In this document: positions 61,387 through 64,000 of the stretch, piece by piece | How positions within the stretch are numbered: position 1 is the first letter of the stretch | Layout of the letters: the number at the start of each line of letters is the position of its first letter | Assembly (NCBI RefSeq): GCF_964194025.1 | Contig: NC_134477.1 | Span: forward strand, 14,570,001 to 14,634,000 | Direction of reading: 5' to 3' | DNA: 64,000 bases | Source: Convolutriloba macropyga | Lineage: Eukaryota | Made by a program: the position numbers and the translations under genes | The notes under the pieces: generated by a model | Told to the model about the DNA's origin: nothing | Database searches by the model: none | The model's input: only the letters and a program-made list of their open reading frames with translations

Positions 61387-63643
61387 TTAGCATGATTTGA
61401 GACCATTGGCCACGTGCTGACAAAATAAGTCAACGTCGTATGATGGTTGAATCACGTGGTTGAGTTCCTCTCGTTGTGGAGCGGTCGGTCCAAGAATTTT
61501 TGACAATTGTTTGTCCGTGATGACAACATTCTCGGCTGTAAGTCGATTTCCAGGTTGAAGCATTAGTGTTTGCTTTTCATCTTCTGTTACAACAAGTATT
61601 TGTCGTGAATGAATTCCGAAAGAGCCCACCACAAATTTTCTCATTTTCGCATATCGTCGACCGTACTTTTGACAAACATAATTTATGAGTGAGTGTAATA
61701 TCATAGAGATAATGAAAGAGATTGTGCCGATAATGACAGACATTTTCCAAGTGTCACTCTGTGTGAAACGGTTCTTTAGGCTGGGTCTAATACTCTGCAT
61801 ATCGATTAAAATTGGTTGTGCAATTTCATCTAATTTATTTAACGAAGGTCTCTGATGGTCCGGAATTTCTGACATCTGGATCTGTATTTCTTCAATGAAC
61901 TGTTGTCTCGCTTGAGTAATAGTAGCAAAATGTGGTAAGTTGTCGATTGCCGGAACTTTTGAGAGAAGATGTTTTAAAGGATCAGTCAGTTTAATATCCA
62001 GTTTTTGAAGCGATGTGTTATGGCACGAAAACATGTCTGCTCGAATTTCCAAGAAGGTAGTTTCCAATTTAGTTCCGCATTGGAGTTCAATAATGCAAAC
62101 TTGGCATCCTGGTAAAGCTGTTCGTTTCAATGGATCATGGTTTATTGTTTGGCTTAAATACATTTTGAAATTCGATGATGCTGATGTTATTAACCATTTC
62201 TCAATTCCCAAATTTCTCGCTTTTTCTTTTAATGGTAATTTCACAGTTTTGATTTCACACTTTTGCAGAGCAACTAAATGATTGTTAATAAGCAGTGATC
62301 CGAGACATGTATCTTGGGCTGTTTCTAGAGAGAAACCGTTTATGCACACGGAAAAGCTACTCGACCCGACACATCTATTAATTTCATCTTGTGAAAGTAA
62401 TGCTACTTTTTTGAGTAGAAGACACTGCTATAAAATCAGATTCAATGGCATACTGTGATGCGCGTCTGTCTGTTCCGTCATTAGGCATGGGTATTGGTAC
62501 TGCTTTATATAAATTTAAAACTGTCGCTGCGGTAAAAAATGGAATGGCTAATGTGAAGTACATCCCATTGTCAACAATGTCGACATTTATCAATATTTTT
62601 GTTTCATAGTAAGTTAGAATTTGTGTTATTGGTATAGCCAATGAAAGACGTTCATTCGTTTCTGATTGCCAATGGTTTACATCTCGAAGTATTTCCTCGA
62701 AATCTGATCTTGGTAGAAGTGCCATGGGAATCAATTTGTTCACCATAATCATTACTGAATTCAAAATTGTTAACTTATAACTGTATATGACGACACGGTA
62801 CATTTTTAGTTCATTTAGTAAAGCTGAAAAAGATCCCAGAAGACTTGCCTGTACCTGAAGCATTTGGTCCCTTGGGTAAAACAGTTGAGAGCATGCCATT
62901 AACGCTCTTGAATTGTTTTGGATAATATCCACTGCTTTCATCGGTACCATTGTGTGATTTTTCTGCGTTTGAATACTTTGCTTTTGCACTGAGTTTAAAT
63001 CATCAAGTTGCTCAGCAATTAGGTATATTTTTGAGTAAACTTTGCCTTTAACTTCCACCAACCGGTGGTTGTTCAATTCAATCTGTGATAAAGCCAAGTC
63101 GATGTCTTCACGATCTTGACTGGATCCTCCGCAAGCTCCAAAAATGCTACCGAGAGAACATGCTATTCCTGCTCCTGCTGCTACGGCTGTTAATGCGCCT
63201 AAAGCAATTAGGCCGGCTCCTCTTTTTGTCCGTTCATTATCAGTTTGTTTAGTTGTTTGCTCTTTTGTTCCAAATGTTCTATGGATTTCTTTTTTCATGT
63301 TCAGAATGTCTAGTTGAACTGATTTGAAATCGTTTTCCCTATGACGAAGGAGGTAGTCAAAGTTTAAGCTCGATTCGTTTGTGTTCATATGATCCAGCTG
63401 ACAACCAAATGAGTAGTCATTCCAAGAGTTTTTCAAAAGTAACGAAAGATTTCTGAATTGATTTTCCAACGAGACATTCAGTCTTGGAAAGGGAACTAGA
63501 AATTGAATGTTTATGAATTTTTCAGCAATTAGTAGCTTTTGCTGGTATATAAAATCAATACCTTTCTGTGATTCCATTTTGTTGTCATTATAACAAATGT
63601 GCACTATTATTGCGAGAAATATGAGGTATTTCCAAGAAATCAT
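61387..63643 (-). CDS. Class I viral fusion (env/F-like) glycoprotein, ~750 codons, one frameshift at a homopolymer near 62410
   Basis: Signal peptide MISWKYLIFLAIIVHIC, furin site RTKR followed by hydrophobic GAGLIALGALTAVAAGAGIAC, heptad region, Cys-rich region and TM MSVIIGTISFIISMILHSLI. Shifting frame gives KVALLSQDEINRCVGSSSFSVCING, joining the two ORFs. Confidence 0.85.
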
Positions 63644-64000
63644 TTTGGAAGTCGTTTCTCGAGAAATTGAAGGCTACAGAACTTACAATTACTTTCAGGT
63701 GGCCAGTCTAAAAATATTTTATGCTTGTAGAAATAGATATAATTAAATAATAAGTAGGCAAAAATTTTCAGTTTTTCATGGCTTTTGAACATTTTGAGGC
63801 AATGTTATGAAACTTTTTATGACTGCTGCTGGGTGCAATAAAACTCCGGAAGCCAAAGAGGCGTTTTTGAAAGACAAAAACTCAGACGATGTTGTTCTTG
63901 CAGTCTTTATTGTCAAGCCAAGTGTTTTTTTCTTAAGGAATGTTTTGTCGGTATTTAATCGACTGTTTAACTAACAAACTTTGTCTGAGACATCCCGACA

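Noticed and set aside
61387-63643. Env gene as cargo of the Maverick
   Set aside because: It lies ~38 kb outside the TSD-bounded element, with a host gene in between.

Overview
AT-rich eukaryotic (probably invertebrate animal) genomic window, almost entirely transposon-derived, with one host gene. From left to right: (1) 1-7.6 kb, decayed and duplicated Ty1/copia fragments around two assembly gaps. (2) 8722-23294, a Maverick/Polinton (adintovirus-like) endogenous DNA virus with AGTAGT...ACTACT termini and a perfect 6-bp target-site duplication (TACATA). It has unusually long, gene-containing inverted arms (~2.7-2.8 kb). It carries a PLA2-like gene, a DEDD-like nuclease, retroviral-type integrase, minor and major capsid proteins, a cupiennin-like amphipathic/basic core protein, an adenain-like protease, an HUH-like/TQT protein and a PC4-like protein, but no recognisable protein-primed polymerase B or packaging ATPase. 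(3) MITEs and tandem repeats. (4) A spliced minus-strand ZGRF1-like SF1 helicase gene (27781-~41940) that seems to lack the GRF zinc finger, with introns filled by DINE-1/HINE-like Helentron elements. (5) A 5'-truncated CR1/L2-group LINE. (6) A CRE-clade RLE retrotransposon with an N-terminal Tudor-knot/chromo-barrel-like motif. (7) A foldback element, satellites, and CRE/LINE remnants. (8) A nearly intact class I fusion (env/F-like) gene at the right end. All protein assignments come from motif recognition by eye, not from database searches.
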